64,000 nt of DNA, taken from the NCBI RefSeq assembly GCF_006345805.1, contig NC_043023.1, positions 16,430,001 to 16,494,000 of the forward strand, written 5' to 3'. A model generated the notes under the pieces. That model was not told the DNA's origin. It made no database searches and saw only the letters and a program-made list of their open reading frames with translations. Shown piece after piece: positions 38,093 to 50,565 of this stretch. Source of the DNA: Octopus sinensis. Taxonomy: Eukaryota. Every line of letters starts with the position of its first letter. Within the stretch, counting starts at the first letter, position 1. A program made the position numbers and the translations under genes.

Positions 38093-38662
38093 AACTGGCG
38101 AGCCCGTGGAAAAAGATTGGCTGCCTTCTGAACCTATGTTACCAACAATTTGGTGAACCCGTGTAAAGAGAAATAATACCTTTTCATGCTAGATGCTGAT
38201 TCGAATTAAAGAACTGGACCATCTACAGTCGCTAACCCAAAGGAAAATGAATGACAACCTTCGACACCACCATGATGCACCCTCCATCGATCTGCTACAG
38301 GAAGCACTATTCTGCAATGCAATCTACGATGCACTTCGCTGCAATGCAACACAGCCGACGCACAAGGTATTCGCTTACATGCCAAGAAACTAACTGGAAG
38401 AAAATATGGAAGCCCGCACATGCAACCTTTTCAGCACACACACGCTTTTCGTCTCATCCTGATGTACAAACCCTGCATGGTTTGTGAACTTTTGCATGGA
38501 CGTAAGTCTCTCACATAGACTTTGAGCAACTCTTTTTATTTGCATGCACATCTATTCACTTTCAGCTGTAGACAAAGGACACTATTTTCAGCTAAGTTTG
38601 TTATTTTTGCTTATTTTATTATTGTTCTGTTTGCACTGCACACTTTCATTTGTTTACGAGTT

Positions 38663-41119
38663 ACACATATTCCACGATGCACACATTCCACGAAGCACAT
38701 ATTCCACGAAGCACATTCTGCGATGAACATATTCCCTGATGCACATATTCCACAATACATATATTCCATGTTGCACATATTCCATGAAGTGCATTCCACG
38801 ATGCACATATTCCACAAAGCACATTCCCCGATGCACATATTCCACGATGCACATATTCCACGAAGCACATTCTGCGATGCATATATTCCACAAAGCACAT
38901 TCCCCGATGCACATATTCCACGATGCACATATTCCACGAAGCACATTCTGTGATGCATATATTCCACAAAGCACATTCCCCGATGCACATATTCCACGAT
39001 GCACATATTCCACGAAGCACATTCTGCGATGCATATATTCTACGAAGCACATTCTGTGATGCATATATTCCACGAAGCACATTCTGTGATGCATATATTC
39101 CACAAAGCACATTCCCCCGATGCACATATTCCATGAAGCACATTCTGTGATGCATATATTCCACAAAGCACATTCCCCCGATGCACATATTCCATGAAGC
39201 ACATTCTGTGATGCATATATTCCACAAAGCACATTCCCCCGATGCACATATTCCACGAAGCACATTCTGTGATGCATATATTCCACAAAGCACATTCCCC
39301 CGATGCACATATTCCACGAAGTACATTCTGTGATGCATATATTCCACAAAGCACATTCCCCGATGCACATATTCCACGATGCACATATTCCACGAAGCAC
39401 ATTCTGCGATGCATATATTCCACGAAGCACATTCCCCCGATGCACATATTCCACGAAGTACATTCTGTGATGCATATATTCCACAAAGCACATTCCCCGA
39501 TGCACATATTCCACAATACATATATTCCACAAAGCACATTCTGCGATGCATATATTCCACGAAGCACATTCTGTGATGCATATATTCCACGAAGCACATT
39601 CTGTGATGCATATATTCCACAAAGCACATTCCCCCGATGCACATATTCCATGAAGCACATTCTGCGATGCACATATTCCCTGATGCACATATTCCACAAT
39701 ACATATATTCCACAAAGCACATTCTGTGATGCACATATTCCACGAAGTGCATTCCCCGATGCACATATTCCACGAAGCACATTCTGTGATGCATATATTC
39801 CACAAAGCACATTCCACGATGCACATATTCCACGATGCACATATTCCCTGATGCACATATTCCGCAATACATATATTCCACGTTGCACATATTCCACGAA
39901 GCGCATTCCACGATGCACATATTCCACAAAGCACATTCCCTGATGCACATATTCCACAATACATATATTCCACGTTGCACATATTCCGCGATGCACATAT
40001 TCCACAATACATATATTCCACAAAGCACATTCTGTGATGCACATATTCCACGAAGTGCATTTCCCGATGCACATATTCCACGAAGCACATTCTGTGATGC
40101 ATATATTCCACAAAGCACATTCCACGATGCACATATTCCACGATGCACATATTCCCTGATGCACATATTCCGCAATACATATATTCCACGTTGCACATAT
40201 TCCACGAAGCGCATTCCACGACGCACATATTCCACAAAGCACATTCCCTGATGCACATATTCCACAATACATATATTTCACGTTGCACATATTCCGCGAT
40301 GCACATATTCCACAATACATATATTCCACAAAGCACATTCTGTGATGCACATATTCCACGAAGTGCATTCCCCGATGCACATATTCCACGAAGCACATTC
40401 GGTGATGCATATATTCCACAAAGCACATTCCACGATGCACATATTCCACGATGCACATATTCCCTGATGCACATATTCCGCAATACATATATTCCACGTT
40501 GCACATATTCCACGAAGCGCATTCCACGATGCACATATTCCACAAAGCACATTCCCTGAGGCACATATTCTACAATACATATATTCCACGTTGCACATAT
40601 TCCGCGATGCACATATTCCACAATACATATATTCCACAAAGCACATTCTGTGATGCACATATTCCACGAAGTGCATTCCCCGATGCACATATTCCACGAA
40701 GCACATTCTGTGATGCATATATTCCACAAAGCACATTCCACGATGCACATATTCCACGATGCACATATTCCCTGATGCACATATTCCGCAATACATATAT
40801 TCCACGTTGCACATATTCCACGATGCACATATTCCACAAAGCACATTCCCTGATGCACATATTCCACAATACATATATTCCACGTTGCACATATTCCACG
40901 AAGCACATTCTGCGATGCACACATTCTGCAATGCACATCTTCCATGAAGCGCATCCTACGATGCACATATTCCGCGTTGCACACATTCCGCGTTACACAT
41001 ATTCCACCCAGCACATTCCGTGAAGTACATATTCCACGAAGCACATTCCACAAAGCACATTCTGTGTTGCACACATTCTGTGTTGCACACATTCCACGAA
41101 GCACATTCCACGTTGCACA
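38663..41119. repeat. 2.45-kb minisatellite of 14/16-bp variant units with a 308-bp higher-order repeat
   Basis: Units such as GATGCACATATTCCAC, GAAGCACATTCTGT and AAAGCACATTCCCC. Identical blocks start at 39835, 40143, 40451 and 40759. Confidence 0.92.
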
Positions 41120-41251
41120 AATTATGTGACGATTCGTTTCACTAAAGCAGCTAAATCCATTTGCATCTCTTTTTGAATGTTCCTTATTATTATTATTCAT
41201 ATTTTGAATGTACATTTTTTTTGTTCACTTTGAAAATGTTTGTATTGTTGC

Positions 41252-41440
41252 ATAGACACACGCATGCACCTTTCTTCACAGCCTTGCGCATGCATCTGCA
41301 CACTTGATTCATACACACACGCATGCACCTTTCTTCACAGCCTTGCGCATGCATCTGCACACTTGATTCATACACACACGCATGCACCTTTCTTCACAGC
41401 CTTGCGCATGCATCTGCACTCTTGATTCATACACACACAC
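41252..41440. repeat. 3 x 59-bp tandem repeat
   Basis: CGCATGCACC at 41261, 41320 and 41379. Confidence 0.9.
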
Positions 41441-41629
41441 ATGCTATCTCTGCCACATTCATGCTCTACACATGCCTTTCTCTCTAACGGGAAATAAATA
41501 TCTCCTTAAAACTTCATGCATTTTTCCTCTTTTACATCCTGCATTATGCAATTATAACAACAAATTTTTATCGTCAGAACTACTGACGATCGACACATCA
41601 TAATATTGCATGCCTGATCAATTTCTACC

Positions 41630-43790
41630 ATTAAAAACAAATTGGTTTGAAAATTTGATTTTTGGTGGAATTCTCGTTTAAGAACCCCATATGACCCCTC
41701 ATAACCTTTTTTAGCTTTTTGGAATTTAAAAATAAATTCAGCACATTTTCAGTGAAATATTCAAAAATATAGTTTTTTAAATTTTATATTTCAGCTTATG
41801 TAGAGAAACTAAGTTCCTTTTCTTGCTTGTATTTCAATATTTTTATCCCCATAAAAACATTTATGCTATTAAAACAAATTGGTTTGAAAATTTGATTTTT
41901 TGTGGAATTCTTGTTTAAGTACCCCATATGACCCCTCATAACCTTTTTTAACTTTTTGGAATTTAAAAATAAATTCAGCACATTTTCAGTGAAATATTCA
42001 AAAATATAGTTTTTTAATTTTATATTTCAGCTTATGTAGAGAAACTAAGTTCCTTTTCTTGCTTGTATTTCAATATTTTTATCCCCATAAAAACATTTAT
42101 GCTATTAAAACAAATTGGTTTGAAAATTTGATTTTTGGTGGAATTCTGGTTTAAGAACCCCATATGACCCCTCATAACCTTTTCTAACTTTTTGGAATTT
42201 AAAAAAAAATTCAGCACATTTCCAGTGAAATATTCAAAAATATAGTTTTTTAATTTTATATTTCAGCTTATGTAGAGAAACTAAGTTCCTTTTCTTGTTT
42301 GTATTTTCCAGTTGGTTCTAACATGTATTCATCATCATCATCATCATCGTTTAGCGTCCGCTTTCCATGCTAGCATGGGTTGGACGGTTCAACTGGGCTC
42401 TGGGAAGCCAGAAGGCTGCACCAGGCCCAGTCTGATCTGGCAATGTTCTACGGCTGGATGCCCTTCCTAACACCAACCACTCCATGAGTGTAGTGGGTGC
42501 TTTTTACATGTCACCGGCACAGGTGCCAGGGGAGGCTGGCAAACGGCCACGATCGGATGGTGCTTTTTATGTGCCGTCCCCATAAAAACATTTATGCTAT
42601 TAAAAAAAATTGGTTTGAAAATTTGATTTTTTGTGGAATTCTTGTTTAAGAACCCCATATAACCCCTCATAACATTTTCTAACTTTTTGGAATTTAAAAA
42701 AAAATTCAGTACATTTTCAGTGAAATATTCAAAAATATAGTTTTTTAATTTTGTATTTCAGCTTATGTACAGAAACTAAGTTCCTTTTCTTGCTTGTATT
42801 TCAATATTTTTATCCCCATAAAAACATTTATGCTATTAAAACAAATTGGTTTGAAAATTTGATTTTTGGTGGAATTCTCGTTTAAGAACCCCATATGACC
42901 CCTCATAACCTTTTTTAACATTTTGGAATTTAAACATAAATTCAGTACATTTCCAGTGAAATATTCAAAAATATAGTTTTTTAATTCTGTATTTCAGCTT
43001 ATGTACAGAAACTAAGTTCCTTTTCTTGCTTGTATTTCAATATTTTTATCCCCATAAAAGCATTTATGCTATTAAAAGAAATTGGTTTGAAAATTTGATT
43101 TTTGGTGGAATTCTGGTTTAAGAACCCCATATGACCCCTCATAACCTTTTCTAACTTTTTGGAATTTAAAAAAAAATTCAGTACATTTCAAGTGAAATAT
43201 TCAAAAATATAGTTTTTTAATTTTATATTTCAGCTTATGTAGAGAAACTAAGTTCCTTTTCTTGTTTGTATTTCCCAGTTGGTTCTAACATGTATTCATC
43301 ATCATCATCATCGTTTAGCGTCCGCTTTCCATGCTAGCATGGGTTGGACGGTTCAACTGGGGTCTGGGAAGCCAGAAGGCTGCACCAGACCCAGTCTGAT
43401 CTGGCAATGTTTCTATGGCTGGATGCCCTTCCTAATGCCAACCACTCTGTGAGTGTAGTGGGTGCTTTTTACGTGTCACCGGCACAGGTGCCAGACGAGG
43501 CTGGCAAACGATCACAATCAGATGATGCTTTTTATGTGCCATCCCCATAAAAACATTTATGCTATTAAAAAAAATTGGTTTGAAAATTTGATTTTTTGTG
43601 GAATTCTCGTTTAAGAACCCCATATAACCCCTCATAACCTTTTCTAACTTTTTGGAATTTAAAAAAAAATTCAGTACATTTTCAGTAAAATATTCAAAAA
43701 TATAGTTTTTTAATTTTATATTTCAGCTTATGTAGAGAAACTAATTTCCTTTTCTTGCTTGTATTTCCCAGTTGGTTCTAACATGTATGG
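41630..43790. repeat. ~236-bp satellite array with two embedded family D SINEs (~967-bp higher-order unit)
   Basis: CCCCATAAAAAC at 41847 and 42083, among others; SINEs at ~42330-42575 and ~43297-43540 share identical junctions. Confidence 0.88.
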
Positions 43791-45031
43791 TTTTTCAATC
43801 ATCACCTTCACAATCCGAATGATATTTGTAGAAAATTCCACTAAAGAAATATCCATTTTTCCAAAAGTTATGAGGAAATAAAGCCAACTGATGTGAATTT
43901 TCCAAAACTTTTCACTCCACCCTCGGAAAACTTTTTCACATCAAATTCCGATATATCCATTAATATCCATTTGTCAGAAAGTTATGAGTAAAGGAAGGTG
44001 TGTGATTTAAGGGAGATCTGCCTGTTGTTTCTAACACATCCCACAACCACCTTTCTTGTTTCTTCCTCATTCTAACATGTATTCATGTTTTTCAATATTT
44101 TTGTCCCCATAAAAACATTTATGCTATTTAAAAAAACTGGTTTGAAAATTTGATTTTTGGTGGAATTCTCGTTTAAGTACCCCATATAACCCCTCATAAC
44201 CTTTTTACTTTTTAAATTTTAAAAAAATTCAGTACATTTTCAGTAAAATTCTAAAAAATAATATCTTTTATTTTTTTCTTTCAGAAACTAAGTTCTTTTC
44301 GTTGTTTGTATTTCCCAGTTGGTTTTTGAAACTTCCCATTGCATCAAGCCACAACTATAAGGTTTGTCCAAATAGAAGAGATTCTGTTGTAAATATTGGA
44401 TTGTATAGTCATAAAAACACAAGATATATATATGAGGGAGATTTAGCTGTTGTGTCTTGCACATCACACAGACTTTCACAGAATTACATGTAGACATAGA
44501 TTAAAGAACAAACAAAATGTGAAAACTAATTCCTTATTTTAAGCATTAAAAATGTAAATTCAGGACTCTATCAATATCTGTAACTTACTGCAAACTCATT
44601 AGGAGATGTGGAGAGAGAGAGAGACAACCCAAAGCAAAACGACCAAGGAGCCGCCGGTTGCCGAAACAGACACTCCGAGGATTTTCACCAGAGCCCCGTC
44701 TGCCGGGTTGTGGGCCTAATACCACTCGGTGTCAGACCAAACTGCCTTGGGTGGCCCTACCAGGAACCAAAGTTCCCGACAGCATAGCTCTGACACTACC
44801 CGTTGCCAGTGTCCCCACCACGGTGAGGAGGGGATGGACTTCGGGGACGCATGATTTTTGAATGCAACATGAGTTATGGTGCTTGAGTGCATTGAACTAG
44901 AATGAGGGTTGTCATTCAAAAGTCCAAGAAAAAAACAAAGTTTGTAAATGCGAGGAAATACCATGGAGTTTCAGGGAACCTGACATGATCTGTAACTGTT
45001 GGATTTTCAGAAAAACTATACAAGAAGGTGC

Positions 45032-45425
45032 AGGAGTGGCTGTGTGGTAAGTAGCTTGCTTACCAACCACATGGTTCCGGGTTCAGTCCCACTGCGTGGA
45101 ATCTTGGGCAAGTGTCTTCTGCTATAGCCCCGGGCCGACCAATGCCTTGTGAGTGGATTTGGTAGACGGAAACTGAAAGAAGCCTTTCATATATATGTAT
45201 ATATATATATGTATGTGTGTGTCTGTGTTTGTCCCACTAGCATTGCTTCACAACCGATGCTGGTATGTTTACATCCCCGTCACTTAGCGGTTCGGCAAAA
45301 TAGACCGATAGAATAAGTACTGGGCTTACAAAGAATAAGTCCCAGGTTCGATTTGCTCGACTAAAGGTGGTGCTCCAGCATGGCCGCAGTCAAATGACTG
45401 AAACAAGTAAAAGAGTAAAGAGTAA
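45032..45425 (+). mobile_element. Full-length family A SINE
   Basis: Head to AGTAAAAG-type tail. Confidence 0.8.
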
Positions 45426-45734
45426 GAAGAATGTTCACAGTTAGAAGTTTCAAATGATTTAGAATTTTCTTCAGAAAACGTTTATTTTGACGTGAAAATG
45501 CTGTAGCAAAAAGTGTTTGTGCAAGTTCAAACTGCACTTGTCTCTACTGTACAGCGTTCTGTAGTATTCGAAATAGTTAAGAATAAGATCTCCAATGCCA
45601 CAGGCTCGACCACAAATCTATTAAAGAGTGACTGATGATATTGTGACTGTTTGTTTTTCTCAGCCTGACCAGCCTCGGACCCTGGGCTATAAACTTTGTT
45701 ATTTTGCAGCTTTTCAAAATTATTTTTTCAGATC

Positions 45735-45780
45735 ATGGCTAAATGGATCTTGTTCTGCTATTTGTTTGTAACATTTGACC
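45735..45780 (+). CDS. Exon 1 (signal peptide) of a novel Ig-like type I membrane protein
   Basis: Acceptor TTTTTTCAG|ATC then ATG GCT; encodes MAKWILFCYLFVTFD + c; donor |GTAAGT, phase 1. Confidence 0.75.
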
Positions 45781-45967
45781 GTAAGTTTTATTTATATTTT
45801 ATTTAATTTCTTTCCATAACTTATTTTTGTTAAGGCAAACTTACTCAGGTGCACAGGGGTCTGGAATGGGGTCACTCACATAAGGAGGATTTTCTTTGTT
45901 TTGGTAGGGATTTTCCCAATTTTGTTTTCATCACAGCTTTAGAAATGATGCATTTTATGGAAGAAAA

Positions 45968-46552
45968 TTTGGTCCAGTGGTTAGGGCAGCGGACTCGCGG
46001 TTTCGATTCCCAGACCGGGCGTTGTGAGTGTTTATTGAGCGAAAACACCTAAAGCTCCACGAGGCTCCGGCAGGGGATGGTGGTGATCCCTGCTGTACTC
46101 TTTCACCACAACTTTCTCTCACTCTTACTTCCTGTTTCTGTTGTACCTGTATTTCAAAGGGCCGGCCTTGTCACTCTCTGTGTCACGCTGAATATCCCCA
46201 AGAACTACGTTAAGGGTACACGTGTCTGTGGAGTGCTCAGCCACTTACACGTTTATTGAGCGAAAACACCTAAAAGCTCCACGAGGCTCCGGCAGGGGAT
46301 GGTGGTGATCCCTGCTGTACTCTTTCACCACAACTTTCTCTCACTCTTACTTCCTGTTTCTGTTGTACCTGTATTTCAAAGGGCCGGCCTTGTCACTCTC
46401 TGTGTCACGCTGAATATCCCCGAGAACTACGTTAAGGGTACACGTGTCTGTGGAGTGCTCAGCCACTTACACGTTAATTTCACGAGCAGGCTGTTCCGTT
46501 GATTCGGATCAACCGGAACCCTCATCGTCGTAACCGACGGAGTGCTTCCATC
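45968..46552 (+). mobile_element. Family B SINE with an internal ~220-bp tandem duplication
   Basis: TTTATTGAGCGAAAACACC at ~46031 and ~46253. Confidence 0.8.
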
Positions 46553-46557
46553 CATCC

Positions 46558-46712
46558 ACCGTCTTATTTCTGGAGTGCAGTCACCATCTCGATTTCTTTT
46601 GGAGCCAAGGAAGATGAAATCATCAACCACTTCAATCTCTTCATTATCGATCTTGATGCTGGTGTTTGTTGTGGCTGCTGTTGACATGATCTTCGTTTTC
46701 TTAACCACAACC
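46558..46712 (-). pseudogene. RTE (BovB-like) reverse transcriptase fragment
   Basis: KKTKIMS…IKIDNEEIEVVDDFIFLGSK…DGDCTPEIRR matches the post-RT region of RTE LINEs. Confidence 0.75.
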
Positions 46713-46926
46713 CGTCACTATTTAATAAATTCTCAGATGTCTTTACTTTAACAGCTTCGTTTCCCTCTGTGTCTGCTGTAGTGTTTCCTGGTTTATCGAA
46801 ATACGTGGGAATTTCATTTATGTATCCAATATTTCCTGGGGAGAACCCAAACATTTTACACTCCTTCAGAACAAATTTTTTCAGTTTCTGAGCAATATGA
46901 GTTTTTTTTTTGGCAGTCGCAGTCAC
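46713..46926 (-). pseudogene. pogo/Tigger-type DDE transposase fragment
   Basis: THIAQKL…IGYINEIPTYFDKPGNTT…G…VKVKT resembles the pogo IGNMDETPxxFDMPxxxTxxxxGxKxV motif. Confidence 0.6.
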
Positions 46927-47460
46927 TTATCAATACATGTCAGCCTCAACATCCAAAGCCCTCATGTTCCACCATTTTGTCCTGCACCTTTCAGGGTCCA
47001 CCTCTTCCACAGATTGCCTCCGCAGTTAGAGATCAGCACTTCTTTACATAGCAGTCCTTGTCCGTTCATTTTTAGAATGACATTGTAAGACAGGTGTAAA
47101 AGGATGACCCATTACCAGTTTAAACATGAAACAGGTAGAATCTTTGTGCCAGGTATGGCTACTTTAACTCGTTAGCAATTAGTTTATTCCGTTTAATGTA
47201 ATGCTCCTTTAGACTTGGTTTTTGAATTAATCATTCGTTATCTTGTAGTTTTGACATTTTGATGATGTGATTGTTTATTTTTAGACTGACATTGTAGGGT
47301 AGGTGTGAGGGGCTGGACCCAGCCACTTAGAACATAAAACAGATATGGCTGCTTTAATCCTTTAGCAATCAAATTACTGTGAAATGTAATGTTCATTTAT
47401 TCACATTGTTTTGAATTATTTCATCTTAAAATCAAAAAATTTTGTTTTCATCTTTTACAG

Positions 47461-47499
47461 ATTTGTCAAGGGCACAAAAGTATAATATCACCCAAAGTG
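47461..47499 (+). CDS. Exon 2, 39-nt micro-exon (end of signal peptide plus first strand)
   Basis: CATCTTTTACAG| … |GTAAAT; phase 1-1; encodes (H)LSRAQKYNITQS(G). Confidence 0.72.
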
Positions 47500-47689
47500 G
47501 TAAATATATTCTTCTTTCCTACATTTGACCCTCCAACATGGAGTATAGGCCACTCATAATTGAATTCCATGTTGCATAATTTTTCACCTCTGTACTTATA
47601 CTCTGCCATGAATGTCCCCCTTTCTCTAGTTCCTTTTGTGTTGATCTACGCCACTAGTTCTTAGGCCTACCTCTCTTTCTATATCCAAG

Positions 47690-47947
47690 TTAAGCTAAGT
47701 TAAGGTAAGTTAAGTTAATTTTTGGGCTCAAAAAGCAAAAAAGCAAGGCCATGTAGGGGGACATGGAGTTATGTACAGGGTGGTGTTCATGCAAAGAGTT
47801 CAGGCCATTTGTGGTCAAGGGAGACTTTGAACCAAGCAGTCGTCAGCATCTTCACTATCTCGTCCGGCAGCTTATTCCACGGATCCGCAACCCGGACGGA
47901 GAAGGCCCCTCTTCTTCGATTGAGATGAAATTGTCGCAGATAGAGTG
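47690..47947 (-). mobile_element. CR1/L2-type LINE 3' end
   Basis: LYLRQFHLNRRRGAFSVRVADPWNKLPDEIV…FKVSLDHKW followed by a (TAACT)n-like tail. Confidence 0.75.
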
Positions 47948-48114
47948 CATTCCACTCTGCGCTTTGCTCTACAATGATACAAAGAGTGGCGGTTTGATCT
48001 CCACATGAACGGTTCTTCCTAAATCCAGCTTCTTCTTTACTGCTGTCCTCATCATCTCTAAAAGTATCCTGTTAAAATCTTTTCCGGGAGCTGATAATAG
48101 CCTAATCCCTCTAT

Positions 48115-48600
48115 AAGATGCTGAGTACTCATCAGCCAATTATAGAGGTTTTCCATTAATAAAAAAGTTATCAAATCAAGTGGCAACATTATAGAGAAGG
48201 TAGATATATAGACAAAGATGTGGATTTAAATTTTAAGAACATATGAGGTACTAAGATTTGGTTGTTCCACTACATCATACGTTCTTAAAATTAAAATCCA
48301 CATCTTTGTCTATATATCTACCTTCTCTATAATGTTGCCACGTGATATGAACATTTTTGTATTAACAGAAAACCTCTATAATTGGCTGATGAGTGTTCAG
48401 CATTTTAAAACTGTTGTAATACTTACAACATTTAATAAAATGATGTAGTACGAAACGATCGTACCAAATTACCGGAGTCATTCTTATTGCTTATTTTCAT
48501 TATAATCACCCCACGGATTTCTATGGATAACACCATACAAAATTCTGGTGCATCTAAATTAAGTACCATATTCATTTGAATCTAAATTTTTGCTGAACTT
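48115..48600. mobile_element. Penelope-like foldback carrying a hammerhead ribozyme
   Basis: ~135-bp inverted arms (48115-48248 and 48272-48407); 3' sequence matches 10752-10915. Confidence 0.7.
48379..48471 (+). ncRNA. Type I hammerhead ribozyme motif
   Basis: TAATTGG-CTGATGA(48386)-long helix II-C-GAAAC(48452)-GATC-GTA(48461-63)-CCAAATTA; complete catalytic core with a palindromic helix III. Confidence 0.68.
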
Positions 48601-48816
48601 ATATATATATATATTTGCCAACATAATGTGGCAGTCTTGGTTAGGACGAATGATACTGTAAATTTAGTCTTAGGAAACATCATCTATCTGCATACCAATG
48701 GTCTCTGGGTTATTTCCCTTCATCAGCACAGAATAACTGCTCGGCTACAGATGACTCCACTAAACTCTTGTCCAAAATATATACTTTCCAAAGTGACACA
48801 AAGTCTCTGATCTAAC

Positions 48817-49197
48817 AAATAGAAAATTATTTCTAAATCTCTGAACAAAAGACATTGAGTAACAGTACTCTAGGGTAGAGATTATTTGCCAACATAATGT
48901 GGCAGTCCTGGTTAGGACGATTGTTACTGTTCCTTAGCCCTAGGAAATATCGTCTCCAGCAGGCTATATGACACACTAGCTGCATCCTTATATTTTCAAA
49001 CAAGGGAGTTTAGCATCCCATAGGACATAGATAGCGTGTCATATACCCAGCTGGAGGCAGTGTTTCCTAGGGCTAGATAACAGTAACAATCATCCTAACT
49101 AGGACTGCCATATTATGCTGGCAAATAATCCTTACTCTCGAGTAATGTTACTGAATGTTTCTCATTCAGGGACTTAGAAATAATAATTTTCTATTTA
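48817..49197. mobile_element. Foldback MITE with ~160-bp arms
   Basis: 48817-48978 is inverted relative to 49035-49197; partial copy at 48614-48700. Confidence 0.8.
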
Positions 49198-49514
49198 CAT
49201 ATATATATATATACATATATATAAACAATGGGCTTCTTTCAGTTTCCATCTATCAAATCCACTCACAAGGCTTTGAAACACACAAGTTTGTATGTATATA
49301 TATACACACACAAGTGTGTATGTATATATATACACACACATATACATACACACACATATACATACAATGGGCTTCTTTCAATTTCCATCTAGAAAATCCA
49401 CTCACAAGGCTGATGCTGTAGTAGAAGACACTTTCCCGAGGTGCTCTGCAGTGGGACTGAACCCAGGACCATGTGATTTGGAAGCAAACTTCTTAACTGA
49501 TTTCGTTATTTCAG

Positions 49515-49763
49515 GAATTGCTGTGCTCAATGGATGTCTCACCCTTACGATAACAATACCTGATATGAAACGACCGGTGGTTTGGAAGTGCCGCAATTAT
49601 AAATATGAATGTGACAAGACATGCGCTGATGGCCCTGACTATAAAGTGACACAGGATGGAGATACCTCCACGCTTTGGATCAAAAAAGTAACTGAGAAAT
49701 GTTTGACTTGGAGATTTGATGATGACAACCTTAATGCTGCAGACATTGATTTGAAGATAAAGA
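49515..49763 (+). CDS. Exon 3, atypical Ig-like domain 1
   Basis: TTATTTCAG| … |GTAAGG; 249 nt, phase 1-1, open frame; …LTLTITIP…VVWKC…STLWIKKVT…TWRF…IDLKIK. Confidence 0.8.
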
Positions 49764-50342
49764 GTAAGGAAATGATTTATAATAATTTCTTTATTGACCA
49801 CAGAGGGCTAACACAAAGGAAAACATTCGGGAGGGTCTAGTGTGGGTTTTAGCATGTAAAAAGTCATACAAAGAATAAAAGAAATTCAAAGTAACATCCC
49901 TGATAGTTTGGGGACTTTGAAGGGCCACACGTAAAGAAAGCCCACAAAATCCAAGGTCTCCCTGGCCACCAGGGTTGATGCCCTCTCCCAGTCTTTCCTC
50001 TCCAATATACAGGTACACTCTGAGAGAAGGCCCATTCACTCAGGTAATGCTCACCCCTCTCACCCACCTTTCAACAAACTGCTTGGAAGCCAGCACTTAC
50101 CTCTCCACCCTGATTTTCCTCTTCAAGTAAAACCTGAAAAAGTTTATTAGGGTTTTGACAAAATGGCAGTTGCTGGTCTTCAGCCCTTTCAGACATGTCC
50201 ACTGTATGATCCCCTTTGCCATGGGCCCCGAGCAGATAAAAACTGGTTGCCCTTCCTGGTTGAGGGAAAGTAGAGGGGCCATCTTCACAATGGACTTCCA
50301 AAATTTTCCAAAAATCAAAATTTTTGTTTTCATCTTTTACAG

Positions 50343-50381
50343 GTTTCTCAAGTGCAAACATTTACAAGATCACCCAAAGTG
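50343..50381 (+). CDS. Exon 4, 39-nt micro-exon copy 2
   Basis: CATCTTTTACAG| … |GTAAAT; phase 1-1; encodes (S)FSSANIYKITQS(G). Confidence 0.72.
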
Positions 50382-50565
50382 GTAAATATATTCTTGTTTC
50401 CTACATTTGACCCTCCAACGTGGAGTATAGGCCACTCATAATTGAATTCCATGTTGCATAATATTTCGCCTCTGTACTTATACTCTGCCATGAATGTCCT
50501 CCTTTCTCTAGTTCCTTTTGTGTTGATCTACGCCACGGAGTTCTTAGGCCTACCTTTCTTTTTAC

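Noticed and set aside
38190-38520. Non-repetitive stretch with weak similarity to a transposase Cys-rich tail (…ICYRK…RRTRYS.TC…)
   Set aside because: Key cysteines are missing; the similarity could be chance.
38654-41215. 853-, 534- and 508-aa Cys-rich ORFs on the minus strand
   Set aside because: They lie in a minisatellite whose plus strand almost lacks TTA/CTA/TCA, so all three minus frames are open; there is no splice or domain evidence.
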